Positions 38,097 to 47,835 are shown, counted from the first letter of the stretch. The stretch: 59,977 bases of DNA from a virus (IMGVR_UViG_3300027848_000024:1-59977); one strand, 5' to 3'. Numbers and translations are program-made. Notes: generated by a model not told the origin, from the sequence alone.

Positions 38097-38278
38097 TGGG
38101 CCTGTATATCGAAATAGCCTGGATTGTGTTAGCAGTGCTGGCACTTGTTCTGTTTAACCCGGCAACATTGGCACGCTGCTACTACGAAGAGAAGTTCAAA
38201 TACCTAGTGCGAATGACAAAGCTGCCACACTCCGGCGAGAGTGTGCAAAAGGGCGCTCGCCACGACAAATTCAATTAA
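38093..38278 (+). CDS. small membrane protein
   Basis: N-terminal TM segment. Confidence 0.5.
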   Translation: MMGLYIEIAWIVLAVLALVLFNPATLARCYYEEKFKYLVRMTKLPHSGESVQKGARHDKFN

Positions 38279-38297
38279 GCAAAGAAGGAAAGATACC

Positions 38298-39515
38298 ATG
38301 GCGCTTAAGAAGAAGACAGCCAAGAAGACGTTCAACTACAAGCCGCGTTCCGCGGAGCAGGTTAAGAAGCGCGCCAACCAGTCCGGGCGGGACTTCGACT
38401 CTATCTTCAAGGACGACGCGCAGACCTACTCCATTGGCGAGGGGAAGAACACGGTACGTATTCTCCCGCCGACATGGGACGACCCCGAGCACTACGGCTT
38501 GGACATTTGGGTCCACTACGGTGTTGGCCCCGATGATGTCACCTACCTGTGCGCGGACAGGATGAACGGCACGCATTGTCCCGTCTGCGCTGAGCAGGCA
38601 CGGGCCGCGGCGGACGATGACGAAGAGTCCGCTAAGGCGTTTAAGGCCAAGCGGCGCATTGTGGTTTTTGTGGTCGACCGCAAAGATGAAGATTCCGCCC
38701 CCGAGATTTGGTCCATGCCGGTTACCTTGGACAAGGAAATCGCTGGACAGGCCGAAGAAGAAGACGGTGGCGTTATCCCGCTTGACAACCCCTACGATGG
38801 GTTTGACGTTGTGTTTAGCCGAGAAGGCAAGGGACTTGCTACCAAGTACAGCAAGGTGAAGTTGGCGCGGCGGTCCTCTCCGGCGCTGGCGGATGATGAT
38901 GAGCTTGCCGCACTCTTGGAAAAGATCCAGGAGCGCCCGCTTCCCTCGTGGTTGAACTTCTACAGTGTTGAGCACATCGAAAAGGTGCTTGGTGGTGGTG
39001 CTTCCCGTCGTACGGACGAGGAAGACGAGGAAGAAGACGAAGACCCCGCCACCAAGAAGACTAAGAAGAAAACGAAGAAGCCCAGCGTGGACGACGAAGA
39101 CGAAGACGAGGACGAAGACGAGGACGAAGACGACGACGCCCCCGCCCCTAAGAAAAAGGGCAAGTCCAAGAAGAAGCCTGAGCCCGACGAAGAAGAAGAA
39201 GAAGACGAGGACGAAGACGAAGACGAAGACGAAGACGAGGACGAAGACGAAGACGAGGACGAAGACCCCGCCCCTAAGAAAAAGGGTAAGGGTAAGAAGA
39301 CGCCCGAGCCCGACGAAGACGAAGACGAGGACGAAGACGAGGACGAAGACGAGGACGAAGACGAGGAAGAAGAAGAAGACGAGGACGAAGACGAAGACGA
39401 GGACGAAGACCCCGCCCCCAAGAAGTCCGCGAAAAAGTCCGCGAAAAGCAGCATTGAGCGCCTGAAAAAGACCAAGGGTGCCGGTGTCATTAAGTCCAAG
39501 AAAAAGGTGAGGTAA
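38298..39515 (+). CDS. gp32-like ssDNA-binding protein with long acidic/basic tail
   Basis: G.NTVRILPP, HY, C...CPVC, DNPYDGFD, G..TKY; (DE)n tail. Confidence 0.8.
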   Translation: MALKKKTAKKTFNYKPRSAEQVKKRANQSGRDFDSIFKDDAQTYSIGEGKNTVRILPPTWDDPEHYGLDIWVHYGVGPDDVTYLCADRMNGTHCPVCAEQARAAADDDEESAKAFKAKRRIVVFVVDRKDEDSAPEIWSMPVTLDKEIAGQAEEEDGGVIPLDNPYDGFDVVFSREGKGLATKYSKVKLARRSSPALADDDELAALLEKIQERPLPSWLNFYSVEHIEKVLGGGASRRTDEEDEEEDEDPATKKTKKKTKKPSVDDEDEDEDEDEDEDDDAPAPKKKGKSKKKPEPDEEEEEDEDEDEDEDEDEDEDEDEDEDPAPKKKGKGKKTPEPDEDEDEDEDEDEDEDEDEEEEEDEDEDEDEDEDPAPKKSAKKSAKSSIERLKKTKGAGVIKSKKKVR

Positions 39516-39523
39516 GCGAAGCT

Positions 39524-40579
39524 ATGGCCGTTGCAAAGAAAGCAGGAAGACCTTCTTTGTCCACGGGCAAACAGGAAAGCGGCGGGCTCTACTTTGAGTC
39601 CGCCGACTCTCTTGAGACCTTCTCAAGCGGATGCAAACTACTTGACTGTGTGCTTGGGAATGGTTGGCCTGTTGGACGTATCGTCAACATCATTGGGGAC
39701 AAGAGCACAAACAAAACCGGCCTATCAATGGAAGCAGCTACTAACTTCTTGCGTACCTTCGAAGATGGTATTGTGCGCTATGTGGAAGCTGAAGCGGCTT
39801 TTAACAAGGACTACGCCTCCATGCTTGGTGCTCCTGTGGACCGCATGGAGTTCCCCAACGAAGAAGGAAGTACTGGTAAGAAGGCCATCTTTCTTATCGA
39901 GGAGTTTGGTGCCGACCTTATTACCTTCTGCGAAAAGCGGAAGAAGGATGGCAAGCACGGCCTGTACATTATAGATAGCTTGGACGCCTTGTCCGACGTT
40001 GGCGAAATGAAGAAAGAGTTTGGAGACGCCAGCTACGGAAACAAGGCCAAGAAGATGTCCGAACTGTTCCGTCGTATTACCGGCAAGATTGAACAGTCCT
40101 CGGTAACGCTTATTGTGGTGTCACAGGTGCGTGACAACATTGGCGTGATGTTTGGTAGCAAGCACACCCGGTCTGGTGGCCGTGCGCTCGATTTCTACTC
40201 CAGCATCAACCTATGGCTGTCCCAAGTTAAGGAGATGTCTCGGACCAGTAAGAAGGTTAAGCGCACCTTTGGTATCCGGGTAAAGGCTAAGGCCAAAAAG
40301 AATAAGGTTGGCCTGCCCCAACGGGAATGCGAGTTCTCCGTTATCTTTAGCTATGGCATAGATGACGTAGGGTCACACTTGCAATGGCTCTCGGATATTG
40401 GACAGCTTGACGAGATAGACATAGAAGCAGCTACGGCCAAGGAAATCATAGCTAAGGGGGCCGGTCGCGTTATGGATATCAAGGACGAACGCCGCCTGCG
40501 CAAGAAGCTTAACGTTGTGGTGAAACGCCATTGGCGTAGAATTGAACATGACTTTCTTCCCGCACGAGGCAAGTACTAG
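39524..40579 (+). CDS. recA: RecA/UvsX-like recombinase
   Basis: SSG..LD..LG.GWP.GRIV, IIDS, SQVRD.IGVMFG, SGGRAL.FY, KNKVG.P. Confidence 0.92.
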   Translation: MAVAKKAGRPSLSTGKQESGGLYFESADSLETFSSGCKLLDCVLGNGWPVGRIVNIIGDKSTNKTGLSMEAATNFLRTFEDGIVRYVEAEAAFNKDYASMLGAPVDRMEFPNEEGSTGKKAIFLIEEFGADLITFCEKRKKDGKHGLYIIDSLDALSDVGEMKKEFGDASYGNKAKKMSELFRRITGKIEQSSVTLIVVSQVRDNIGVMFGSKHTRSGGRALDFYSSINLWLSQVKEMSRTSKKVKRTFGIRVKAKAKKNKVGLPQRECEFSVIFSYGIDDVGSHLQWLSDIGQLDEIDIEAATAKEIIAKGAGRVMDIKDERRLRKKLNVVVKRHWRRIEHDFLPARGKY

Positions 40580-40588
40580 GAGGACCAT

Positions 40589-40975
40589 ATGAACGTCTTT
40601 ATTGCAACCACCTCTGAAAATGCAGAGGTGGCCATGTCTTGGGCTATCAAAGAAAACATTACGCTGGCCTGCGCTTGGATACTGGAATTCGAAGACGGGG
40701 ACATTCCCGAGAATGAGTTCTACGCGAGGATGTTGCAGGACGCAGCACAGTGCGACGCTTTCTTCTTTTGGCCTGTGCAAGAAATGGCCGTTGAGACAGA
40801 CATTCTGGCAACCGTACTTGTAGCCATCGGAGCGGCACTAGGGGCAGGCAAACGTGTTCTGTATTTGGACAACGGAGTGTTTGAAGTGCAGCCCACGGTT
40901 TTTCAGCACAACCTTGTTACGTTCTATGGTAGCCTGTCAGAAGTAACGGAAAGCTTGAAAAGACATGGCGCGTAG
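40589..40975 (+). CDS. nucleoside deoxyribosyltransferase-like protein
   Basis: VFIA...D...CD...IGAALG.GK pattern. Confidence 0.5.
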   Translation: MNVFIATTSENAEVAMSWAIKENITLACAWILEFEDGDIPENEFYARMLQDAAQCDAFFFWPVQEMAVETDILATVLVAIGAALGAGKRVLYLDNGVFEVQPTVFQHNLVTFYGSLSEVTESLKRHGA

Positions 40976-41549
40976 AAAAGGCTTTGGGAAGAACAAAGGA
41001 AATGCGTTTGAGCGTACTATTGCAAAGACACTTTCTCTTTGGGTTAGCGGGGGCACCCGTGATGACTTGTACTGGCGCACGGCGGGGAGTGGCGGGCGGG
41101 CCACGACCCGTCGACGTGTAGCGCGTAAGGGCACTGTCAACGCCGATGGTGACATTGGTAGCGAAAGCCCCATAGGTCGCCTGTTAATTGAGACCTTTCA
41201 CGTAGAGTGCAAGCGGTACAATAAATTGGAAGCTGAAAGGCTTGTGTTTAACAACACGGGCTTCTTAGTTAGCACATGGAAGCATCTTGTCAGCGATTCT
41301 CGTATTGGCAAGAAGCGGCCCATGCTTATTGCCAAGCAGGACCACCGGGACGCTATTATTGTTCTGTGCCACTACGGAGAAATGATCTTCCAAGCAGACG
41401 AGCAACTGCCCTGTCTGTGCTATGTACCTGAGTTGGATATGTACATATACAGCTTGGAAGAGTTTCTTGCCAAAATGCGTAATCCCATAGATAAGATAGA
41501 AAAGAGGAAGCGTTATGCTGCTCGTAGCAACAGACCTACACTTCACTGA
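40965..41549 (+). CDS. Holliday junction resolvase (PD-(D/E)xK)
   Basis: KGNAFER, SGG, GDI, VECK. Confidence 0.8.
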   Translation: MARRKGFGKNKGNAFERTIAKTLSLWVSGGTRDDLYWRTAGSGGRATTRRRVARKGTVNADGDIGSESPIGRLLIETFHVECKRYNKLEAERLVFNNTGFLVSTWKHLVSDSRIGKKRPMLIAKQDHRDAIIVLCHYGEMIFQADEQLPCLCYVPELDMYIYSLEEFLAKMRNPIDKIEKRKRYAARSNRPTLH

Positions 41550-42567
41550 CCAGCCTGACGACAACTACCGATTTGGTCTGTTGCCGTGGCTCAACCGCCT
41601 AGCTGGAGAAAGTAAGGACAAAGAGCGCGTTTGCCTCATCCTTGGTGATTTAACCGACAAGAAGAACCGACACGACGCTCTACTGGTTAACCGCATTACT
41701 TCTGAAATAGAAGCGTGTGACCACATCACTCATTTTATTATCTTAAAAGGTAACCACGACTACATAGAAGAAACAGTACCCTTCTTTAAATTCCTGGATA
41801 ACAGAAACCAGATAACCTTTGTGATCGACCCGCAAAGAGTTCCCTTGCCAAATGGTAAGACGGCTTACTGCATACCGCATATTAGAAAAAACGATGAGTT
41901 CGATGCGGCGGTGGCCAAAGCCATTGCTAGCTACAAAGAGGACAAATACGATTATCTTCTTTTGCACCAGACCTTTACCGGCGCGCAGGCCAGCAACGGG
42001 TCGGAGATGAAAGGTGTTTACTTTGACCAGCTCGCCCCCTTGCATAAGAAGGGCGTGCGCATTCTAAGTGGAGATATCCACGTTCCACAGGACTTGGGGC
42101 CACTTACCTATGTAGGCAGTCCTTACGCCGTGCACTTTGGAGATACGTTCAAACCGCGGTGTATGGTGATAACCAACAAGGGGTTGGAAACCGACGTGCG
42201 GTACCCTGCCCCCAAGAAAAGGTCCGTGGCGCTTAAGCCGGACGCGGGAATACCTTCTCATTTAAAGAAGGGCGACCATGTTAAGATCCAAGTAATGTTA
42301 CCTAGAGAAGAATTTCACCAGTGGGAACTTATTCGGGCAAGTATGTTGGAGAAGATAAAGGCGCGTGGTTTACTGTGTTTTGGCTTAGAGATAAAAGAAC
42401 AGAAACCCAAGGAAGCCCAACCGCCTCTTTCAACTGAAAAAGAAACACCTGCGCAAACCACGTTAAACGACGGGGATGTGGTGAATAATTTTGTTGCTGC
42501 TAATAAAATAGACAGCGACGTGGCAGAGATGGCCAAGAAAATCATGGAGCGTAGCAATGATTATTAA
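41515..42567 (+). CDS. SbcD/Mre11-like metallophosphoesterase nuclease
   Basis: TDLH, GDLTD, GNHD, HQT, GDIH, YVGSP. Confidence 0.9.
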   Translation: MLLVATDLHFTDQPDDNYRFGLLPWLNRLAGESKDKERVCLILGDLTDKKNRHDALLVNRITSEIEACDHITHFIILKGNHDYIEETVPFFKFLDNRNQITFVIDPQRVPLPNGKTAYCIPHIRKNDEFDAAVAKAIASYKEDKYDYLLLHQTFTGAQASNGSEMKGVYFDQLAPLHKKGVRILSGDIHVPQDLGPLTYVGSPYAVHFGDTFKPRCMVITNKGLETDVRYPAPKKRSVALKPDAGIPSHLKKGDHVKIQVMLPREEFHQWELIRASMLEKIKARGLLCFGLEIKEQKPKEAQPPLSTEKETPAQTTLNDGDVVNNFVAANKIDSDVAEMAKKIMERSNDY

Positions 42568-44443
42568 GAAGTTAGTTTTACAGAACTTCCAAAGTTACGC
42601 AGAGAAAACAGTTTTCCCTTTTAGCCGGTTTGGTACTGGTGTTTTCTTTCTAACAGGCACTAACCAAGATGAGAAAGTTGCTATGGGGAGCAATGGTGCT
42701 GGTAAAAGCACCATATGGGATGGTGTATGCTGGGTTCTGTTTGGTGAGACCCTAAACAAGCAGAAAGCTACAGACATTCGGAACTGGCACAATAGCAGCG
42801 GGGCCGTAACGGGGAAACTCTTTGTAGATATTCGCGGCGTTGCTTGCATCATTAAGAGAACATGGTCCCCCAACTCCTTGGAAATAGTGGAAGCCGGGGT
42901 TAAGCGCACACTTGAGCAGGCGGACCTAAACGAACTTCTTAACATGAGCCATAACACGTTTAAGACCAGTGTTGTGATTGGGCAGGAAGCTGCTCAGTTC
43001 TTTGATTACACCCCCACTGCCAAGTTGGACTTGTTTACCCAAGTGTTGAATCTCAACAGGTGGATAGACTACAGCAAGCAGGCTAAGGCAGAGGCGGACG
43101 AGATTAGGGCTACTATAGAAGATAGCCAACAGGATGTTAGCCAGTTCAAGGGGCACATCAGCGCCCTTGTGTTGGATAAGCGCAGAGAGAAAGCCGCACG
43201 TACTACTTGGGAAAAGGAAAGAACGTCCCGCATAGCTTCGTCCGAATCGCGTGTTGCTGCCAACCAGAAACAACTAGTGGTTTTGGTGAATACCTGTAAG
43301 CAATTAAAGAACAAAATTGCAACAATAGACGAGAAGATTTCTACGAAGGAGTCCTCTATTAGAAAAAGGTCCGACCGTTTGGAAGGGTTGGAATCGTCCC
43401 TGCAAGAAAGCCAGCTTGCGATAGCGGATACCCGCGCTACCATAAGCGCCAACGAAAAAAGTATGCAGTCCTATCTATCTCGCATTGCGGATGGCAAATG
43501 TTCTTCTTGTGGGCAGTCCGTCGGTAGTAAGCACTTGGATGCTATCACAGCTCCTCTTAAAAACAATATAGAAGAAGCTAAAACAGTTTTAGTAGAATTA
43601 CAAGAAGGGATTGATGATGTAAATGCCCGCATTTCTTCCATTGAAAAAAAGCTAAACCCGGTACATGAGGCCATTAAGGTTTTACACGCGCGTAGAAGAA
43701 AGGTGGACGGTGAATGGCAAACAACTACGAGCCAAAAAAGCCTAAAGCAGCGCGATGTAGAGGAAGCAGAGAGAGGGGTAGCTTCCGTAAAGCAAGAAAC
43801 CAACCCCCATATTGCCAACGTCTCCCGCATTCTAAAAGAATTGAAGCAACAAAAGACTGGCCGGGACACTGTGCTTGCGTTTATAGGAGAGCAGGAGGTA
43901 ACCCTGTCTCATGCAAGCTATTGGGTACAAGGGTTCAAACAAATTAGGCTTCACATTATTGACCAATGCCTTCTCGCTTTAGAAGTGGAAATTAACAACG
44001 TGCTTTCTCAGTTTGGCATGTCCGGTTGGAAGGTAACGTTAGACGTAGAGAAGGAAAACAAAACGGGCGGGGTTACCAAAGGCTTCCAAATCTTTATAGA
44101 ATCGCCTACATCACCAAAGAGGGTTCCTTGGGCTAGCTGGTCAGGCGGGCAGAAGCAGCGGTTACGCATTGCTGGCACTACAGCGCTTATCAACCTCATT
44201 AACGCCACTAACGGAAATGAATGCAATATAGAAGTGTGGGATGAACCAACCAACTACCTGAGCGTGCAAGGTGTAGACAACATGGTTTCCATACTTGATT
44301 CGCGAGCGCGCAGCTTGAACAAACAGGTGTGGCTGGTGGACCACCGATCGTTGGACTACGGTACTTTCAATGGTATATGGGAAGTTGAATACAAAGACGG
44401 AAAATCTTCTTTAGCTCAGATAGTAGAAATGGTAGACGAGTAA
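42557..44443 (+). CDS. SbcC/Rad50-like ATPase
   Basis: NFQSY, GAGKST, CSSC hook, SGGQKQR, WDEP, VDH. Confidence 0.92.
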   Translation: MIIKKLVLQNFQSYAEKTVFPFSRFGTGVFFLTGTNQDEKVAMGSNGAGKSTIWDGVCWVLFGETLNKQKATDIRNWHNSSGAVTGKLFVDIRGVACIIKRTWSPNSLEIVEAGVKRTLEQADLNELLNMSHNTFKTSVVIGQEAAQFFDYTPTAKLDLFTQVLNLNRWIDYSKQAKAEADEIRATIEDSQQDVSQFKGHISALVLDKRREKAARTTWEKERTSRIASSESRVAANQKQLVVLVNTCKQLKNKIATIDEKISTKESSIRKRSDRLEGLESSLQESQLAIADTRATISANEKSMQSYLSRIADGKCSSCGQSVGSKHLDAITAPLKNNIEEAKTVLVELQEGIDDVNARISSIEKKLNPVHEAIKVLHARRRKVDGEWQTTTSQKSLKQRDVEEAERGVASVKQETNPHIANVSRILKELKQQKTGRDTVLAFIGEQEVTLSHASYWVQGFKQIRLHIIDQCLLALEVEINNVLSQFGMSGWKVTLDVEKENKTGGVTKGFQIFIESPTSPKRVPWASWSGGQKQRLRIAGTTALINLINATNGNECNIEVWDEPTNYLSVQGVDNMVSILDSRARSLNKQVWLVDHRSLDYGTFNGIWEVEYKDGKSSLAQIVEMVDE

Positions 44444-46029
44444 TGTCCACGGCGACACGGTCACGGCCCCGGCTGGGTAGCGCGTCAAATACCAGCACAA
44501 AGGCCACAAATGAGTCGACCAGTAGCCCTCGGCCCAAACGACCGAGCTTGGCTGGCGTAACAACCAAAAAAACCACCAGCGCTAAAAAAAAGCGGCCTAG
44601 CCGTAGACAGCGTATTCAGCCCATTCAATCCAACGTAAACATCATTCAGGCGTGTTTGCGGGACGATCTGTTTGGCAAATGGTTTAAGCATGATAAGTAC
44701 CAGTGGATCACTTGGTTTACTTTCCTGCGCACCATGTTCGGGTTAAAGCTGCTAGACCCACAACTGGACATTTACCAAAAGTGCACTGGTAGGAAGAAAC
44801 CTACACAAAGGGCCGTACAGGAAGCGTACCTCATTTGTGGGCGGCGTAGCGGCAAGTCTCGTGTGCTGGCCCTAATGGCAGTGTTCCTTGCGTGCTTTGT
44901 TGACTGGCGACCGTGTCTAGCGCCCGGTGAGCGCGGCACCATTATTCTTGTGGCTACGGACCGCAAGCAGGCCCGCGTTATGTTCAGGTACATAGAAGCC
45001 TTCCTAAAGCAAACAGATCTGCTAAAGGATGTTATTATACGTGACACCCGAGAAATGTTTGAACTAAAGAAGAGTATTAACATTGAAATTCATACGGCTA
45101 GCCTGCGCGGTGTGCGTGGTTACACAATTGTCGCGGCGCTACTGGATGAGATCGCTTTCTTTAGAAGTGAAGAAAGTACCAACCCCGATACTGAAATCTT
45201 GGAAGCCCTACGCCCCGGCACTGCCACGGTACCGGGGTCCATGATACTTTGCGCAAGCAGCCCCTACGATAGACGTGGCGTTCTTTGGGAAGCCTACCAA
45301 GAGTACTATGGTAAGGAGGACCCTGACATACTTGTGTGGAAAGCCCCTACTTGGGTAATGAACCCAACAGTCCCTGACAAGTTCCTTAAGAAGCAATTCC
45401 GTAAGGACCCCGTTAGTGCGGACGCGGAGTATGGAGGCAACTTTAGAATGGATGTTAGCAAGCTGGTTTCTGAAGAAGTTATCCTTAGCGCCATAGAGCC
45501 CGGCTTGTATGAATTGCCCTACATAGCTTCTCACTATTACACAGGGTTTGTGGACGTGTCGGGCGGCAGTAGTGACAGCTACACGTTAGGCATTGCCCAT
45601 TACGACGAGGTTACGCGGAAGGTGGTGCTCGACTTGGTACGAGAATGGATGGTTCCCTTTAGCCCCATGGAAGTAACAAGACAGGCCGTTTCTATTCTAA
45701 AGGCTTACGGTATCTCAGAAGTCACTGGCGATAGGTATGGTGGCGAATGGCCACGAGAGCAGTTTGAAGAGGGAGGCATCAACTACAACTTGTCCCCTAA
45801 GACAAAGACGGAACTTTACCAGGACCTACTGCCCATGCTGAATTCCGGTACTGCTCAACTGGTGGATATGAGAACGCTTAAGAACCAGTTGAAATCTTTA
45901 GAACGCCGTACCCAGCGCGGCGGACGTGAAATTATTGATCATCCCCCCAAAGCTAAGGACGACGTGGCCAATGCGGCGGCTGGCGCGGTAGTCCTATGCA
46001 ACGCACAAGGACCGGCAGATGTCTTCTAA
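44443..46029 (+). CDS. terL: terminase large subunit
   Basis: GRRSGKS, RG...LLDE.AF, ASSP, APTW.MNP, FVDVSGG..DS, DHP...DD.ANA. Confidence 0.9.
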   Translation: MSTATRSRPRLGSASNTSTKATNESTSSPRPKRPSLAGVTTKKTTSAKKKRPSRRQRIQPIQSNVNIIQACLRDDLFGKWFKHDKYQWITWFTFLRTMFGLKLLDPQLDIYQKCTGRKKPTQRAVQEAYLICGRRSGKSRVLALMAVFLACFVDWRPCLAPGERGTIILVATDRKQARVMFRYIEAFLKQTDLLKDVIIRDTREMFELKKSINIEIHTASLRGVRGYTIVAALLDEIAFFRSEESTNPDTEILEALRPGTATVPGSMILCASSPYDRRGVLWEAYQEYYGKEDPDILVWKAPTWVMNPTVPDKFLKKQFRKDPVSADAEYGGNFRMDVSKLVSEEVILSAIEPGLYELPYIASHYYTGFVDVSGGSSDSYTLGIAHYDEVTRKVVLDLVREWMVPFSPMEVTRQAVSILKAYGISEVTGDRYGGEWPREQFEEGGINYNLSPKTKTELYQDLLPMLNSGTAQLVDMRTLKNQLKSLERRTQRGGREIIDHPPKAKDDVANAAAGAVVLCNAQGPADVF

Positions 46030-46666
46030 ACTAACTCCCGTAGACAATGCAGCAACGTGTTTCTTGCGCAGAACTTCTACAACATTAAACCCGGCGGCTA
46101 GGGCCATGCAAAAGATACTAGTAGAAGATTTACACTACTCGGTAAATAACGAGCAGGACCCCGCGGTAACGCACAGATATTCCACAGAAACTATTCTGCT
46201 TAAGAAAGAACTAAAGAAACTATCTCGCCAAATAACAAGAAGGCCCGTAGTCCTTAATATAGGTTGCGGGTTTTGTACGAGGTTCCTAGAAGTTCCGGGC
46301 GTGGATTGGGTTGAAGTAGACGATAAGTCCGTATTAGAACTTCGGAACAAAGTGTACCGCCAGTTTGGGTCCCGTCCGCAATACAGTGATGGGTACCTAC
46401 GCGGGAACACTGTTCGCAGGTTAGACAATTTGTACGCTGACATTGTGATAGCGGAAGGCGTTTTCCAGTACCTAGACGTAGAAACTATTGCCTACCTGCT
46501 TACTAGGTATCCTGTGGTCATTTTTGATGTGCACAAAAAGAACGACCACTACACCTACTTGGAAAGTGAATACCCTTGGAAAGACTATGCCTTTAGCCCC
46601 CCGGTTGTGCTACATGAAGAACGTGGCCTTGTAGCCATGGTAAAAGAATTCACTTTTAAGATGTGA
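46019..46666 (+). CDS. class I SAM-dependent methyltransferase-like (LCM family)
   Basis: VLNIGCGFCTR, WVEVD, IAEGVFQYL. Confidence 0.7.
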   Translation: MSSKLTPVDNAATCFLRRTSTTLNPAARAMQKILVEDLHYSVNNEQDPAVTHRYSTETILLKKELKKLSRQITRRPVVLNIGCGFCTRFLEVPGVDWVEVDDKSVLELRNKVYRQFGSRPQYSDGYLRGNTVRRLDNLYADIVIAEGVFQYLDVETIAYLLTRYPVVIFDVHKKNDHYTYLESEYPWKDYAFSPPVVLHEERGLVAMVKEFTFKM

Positions 46667-46675
46667 GGGGCATTT

Positions 46676-46945
46676 ATGGGTCGTAGGAAAAAAGTAGTTT
46701 CGGAGGAATCGACCCCGGCTAAAGCGCTTCCTCTTACCCAATTATGGGGGTACTACGAAGAAGACGGGTCCATGCGGTTAACGGATGGGAATCGCAAGAT
46801 AGGTACCATAAAGCAAGAAGATGGTGTTTGGCGCGGGCGCATCCGCCATAACAAAACCATGATTACGGCCAAGTCTCGCAAGATGGATGTTTGTTTTGAG
46901 AGACTTTGGTATAAGATAAAAATCTTTGCTAAAAACAACGGGTGA
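46676..46945 (+). CDS. small basic hypothetical protein
   Basis: GAGGGG RBS. Confidence 0.6.
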   Translation: MGRRKKVVSEESTPAKALPLTQLWGYYEEDGSMRLTDGNRKIGTIKQEDGVWRGRIRHNKTMITAKSRKMDVCFERLWYKIKIFAKNNG

Positions 46946-47061
46946 GGGTTGCCTTGTCTAACTCATTAAGCAAATATGGTTTTGGTTGTTTTGGCACATG
47001 TGCGCGTGTCGTACTGCCAGATCAACCCAAACTTGGAGATAAACGCCCGTCGCTTATGTAG
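46942..47061 (+). CDS. 39-aa ORF ending KRPSLM (not in ORF track)
   Basis: GTGA overlap with previous stop. Confidence 0.4.
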   Translation: MRVALSNSLSKYGFGCFGTCARVVLPDQPKLGDKRPSLM

Positions 47062-47124
47062 GTTGTTCCTCTAAGGGGTAAACCATTATAGTCACCAAAA
47101 TCATCCACCCTCTCCACCGCATAC

Positions 47125-47161
47125 AAAAAGGCAGGTTCCGAACTTTCGGGCCTGCCTTTTT
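47125..47161. terminator. bidirectional terminator between convergent modules
   Basis: AAAAAGGCAGG...CCTGCCTTTTT. Confidence 0.85.
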
Positions 47162-47630
47162 ACTGAGCGGGTTCTTCCCTGTAATATTTCAAGCGCCACA
47201 TGCTTTCTTCAACCCACCGCGTTATCTCACTGTTGTTGAGGGCAAGCCTTTCAAAGTCCTCAGGCGTAAGCGCCATAAAGACCCACTGGTCGCCGACCGG
47301 CAAATTGTCGGGGGTGAGTACTACCCACTTAACGGTCTGAAGCTGTAGGGGCCTTGGATTTGGCAGCGCGGCACGTTCAGGGGGAGTCTTCAGGTCGAGG
47401 GGTACAGTCTGTACGTCCAGCGGTGATACACTCGAGCAAGCTGTAGGCATCAGCAGTACCGTTGTTAATGCGAGTGGTAATAAGACCCGGCTTACCTCTC
47501 GCCAACGCAGCGAGGTCGTGTTCCGCAAATAACTTCTGTAAAGCAGAAGTGCGATCAGATGCGACCTGAGCCACTTGCGCAGCCTGTTCCGAAACTCGTT
47601 GTAGTTCTTTAAAGGCTTTGTCCCAATCAT
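47160..47630 (-). CDS. o-spanin (Rz1-like lipoprotein), start uncertain
   Basis: hydrophobic stretch plus PTA-C lipobox, Pro-rich, overlaps i-spanin. Confidence 0.7.
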   Translation of the reverse strand: MIGTKPLKNYNEFRNRLRKWLRSHLIALLLYRSYLRNTTSLRWREVSRVLLPLALTTVLLMPTACSSVSPLDVQTVPLDLKTPPERAALPNPRPLQLQTVKWVVLTPDNLPVGDQWVFMALTPEDFERLALNNSEITRWVEESMWRLKYYREEPAQ

Positions 47631-47835
47631 CGATTGTCTCCAAGGAGGTGTCTAGGGCTTCCTGCTGAACCTTTAGCGCTAACTCGAATTTGACTTGGTT
47701 CTCTTTGGCAAGCGCTAGGTCATTTACCAACGTGGTGTAGTGGAGGTACGCGAGAGAGATGGTGGTAACTAAGCCCACACCTGCCAGACAGTACCAAAAC
47801 ACCTTGTTTGTTAGAAGACCTACGACGGCAAACAT
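47377..47835 (-). CDS. i-spanin (Rz-like)
   Basis: N-terminal TM, coiled coil, KPGLIT.RIN.GT. Confidence 0.75.
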   Translation of the reverse strand: MFAVVGLLTNKVFWYCLAGVGLVTTISLAYLHYTTLVNDLALAKENQVKFELALKVQQEALDTSLETIDDWDKAFKELQRVSEQAAQVAQVASDRTSALQKLFAEHDLAALARGKPGLITTRINNGTADAYSLLECITAGRTDCTPRPEDSP

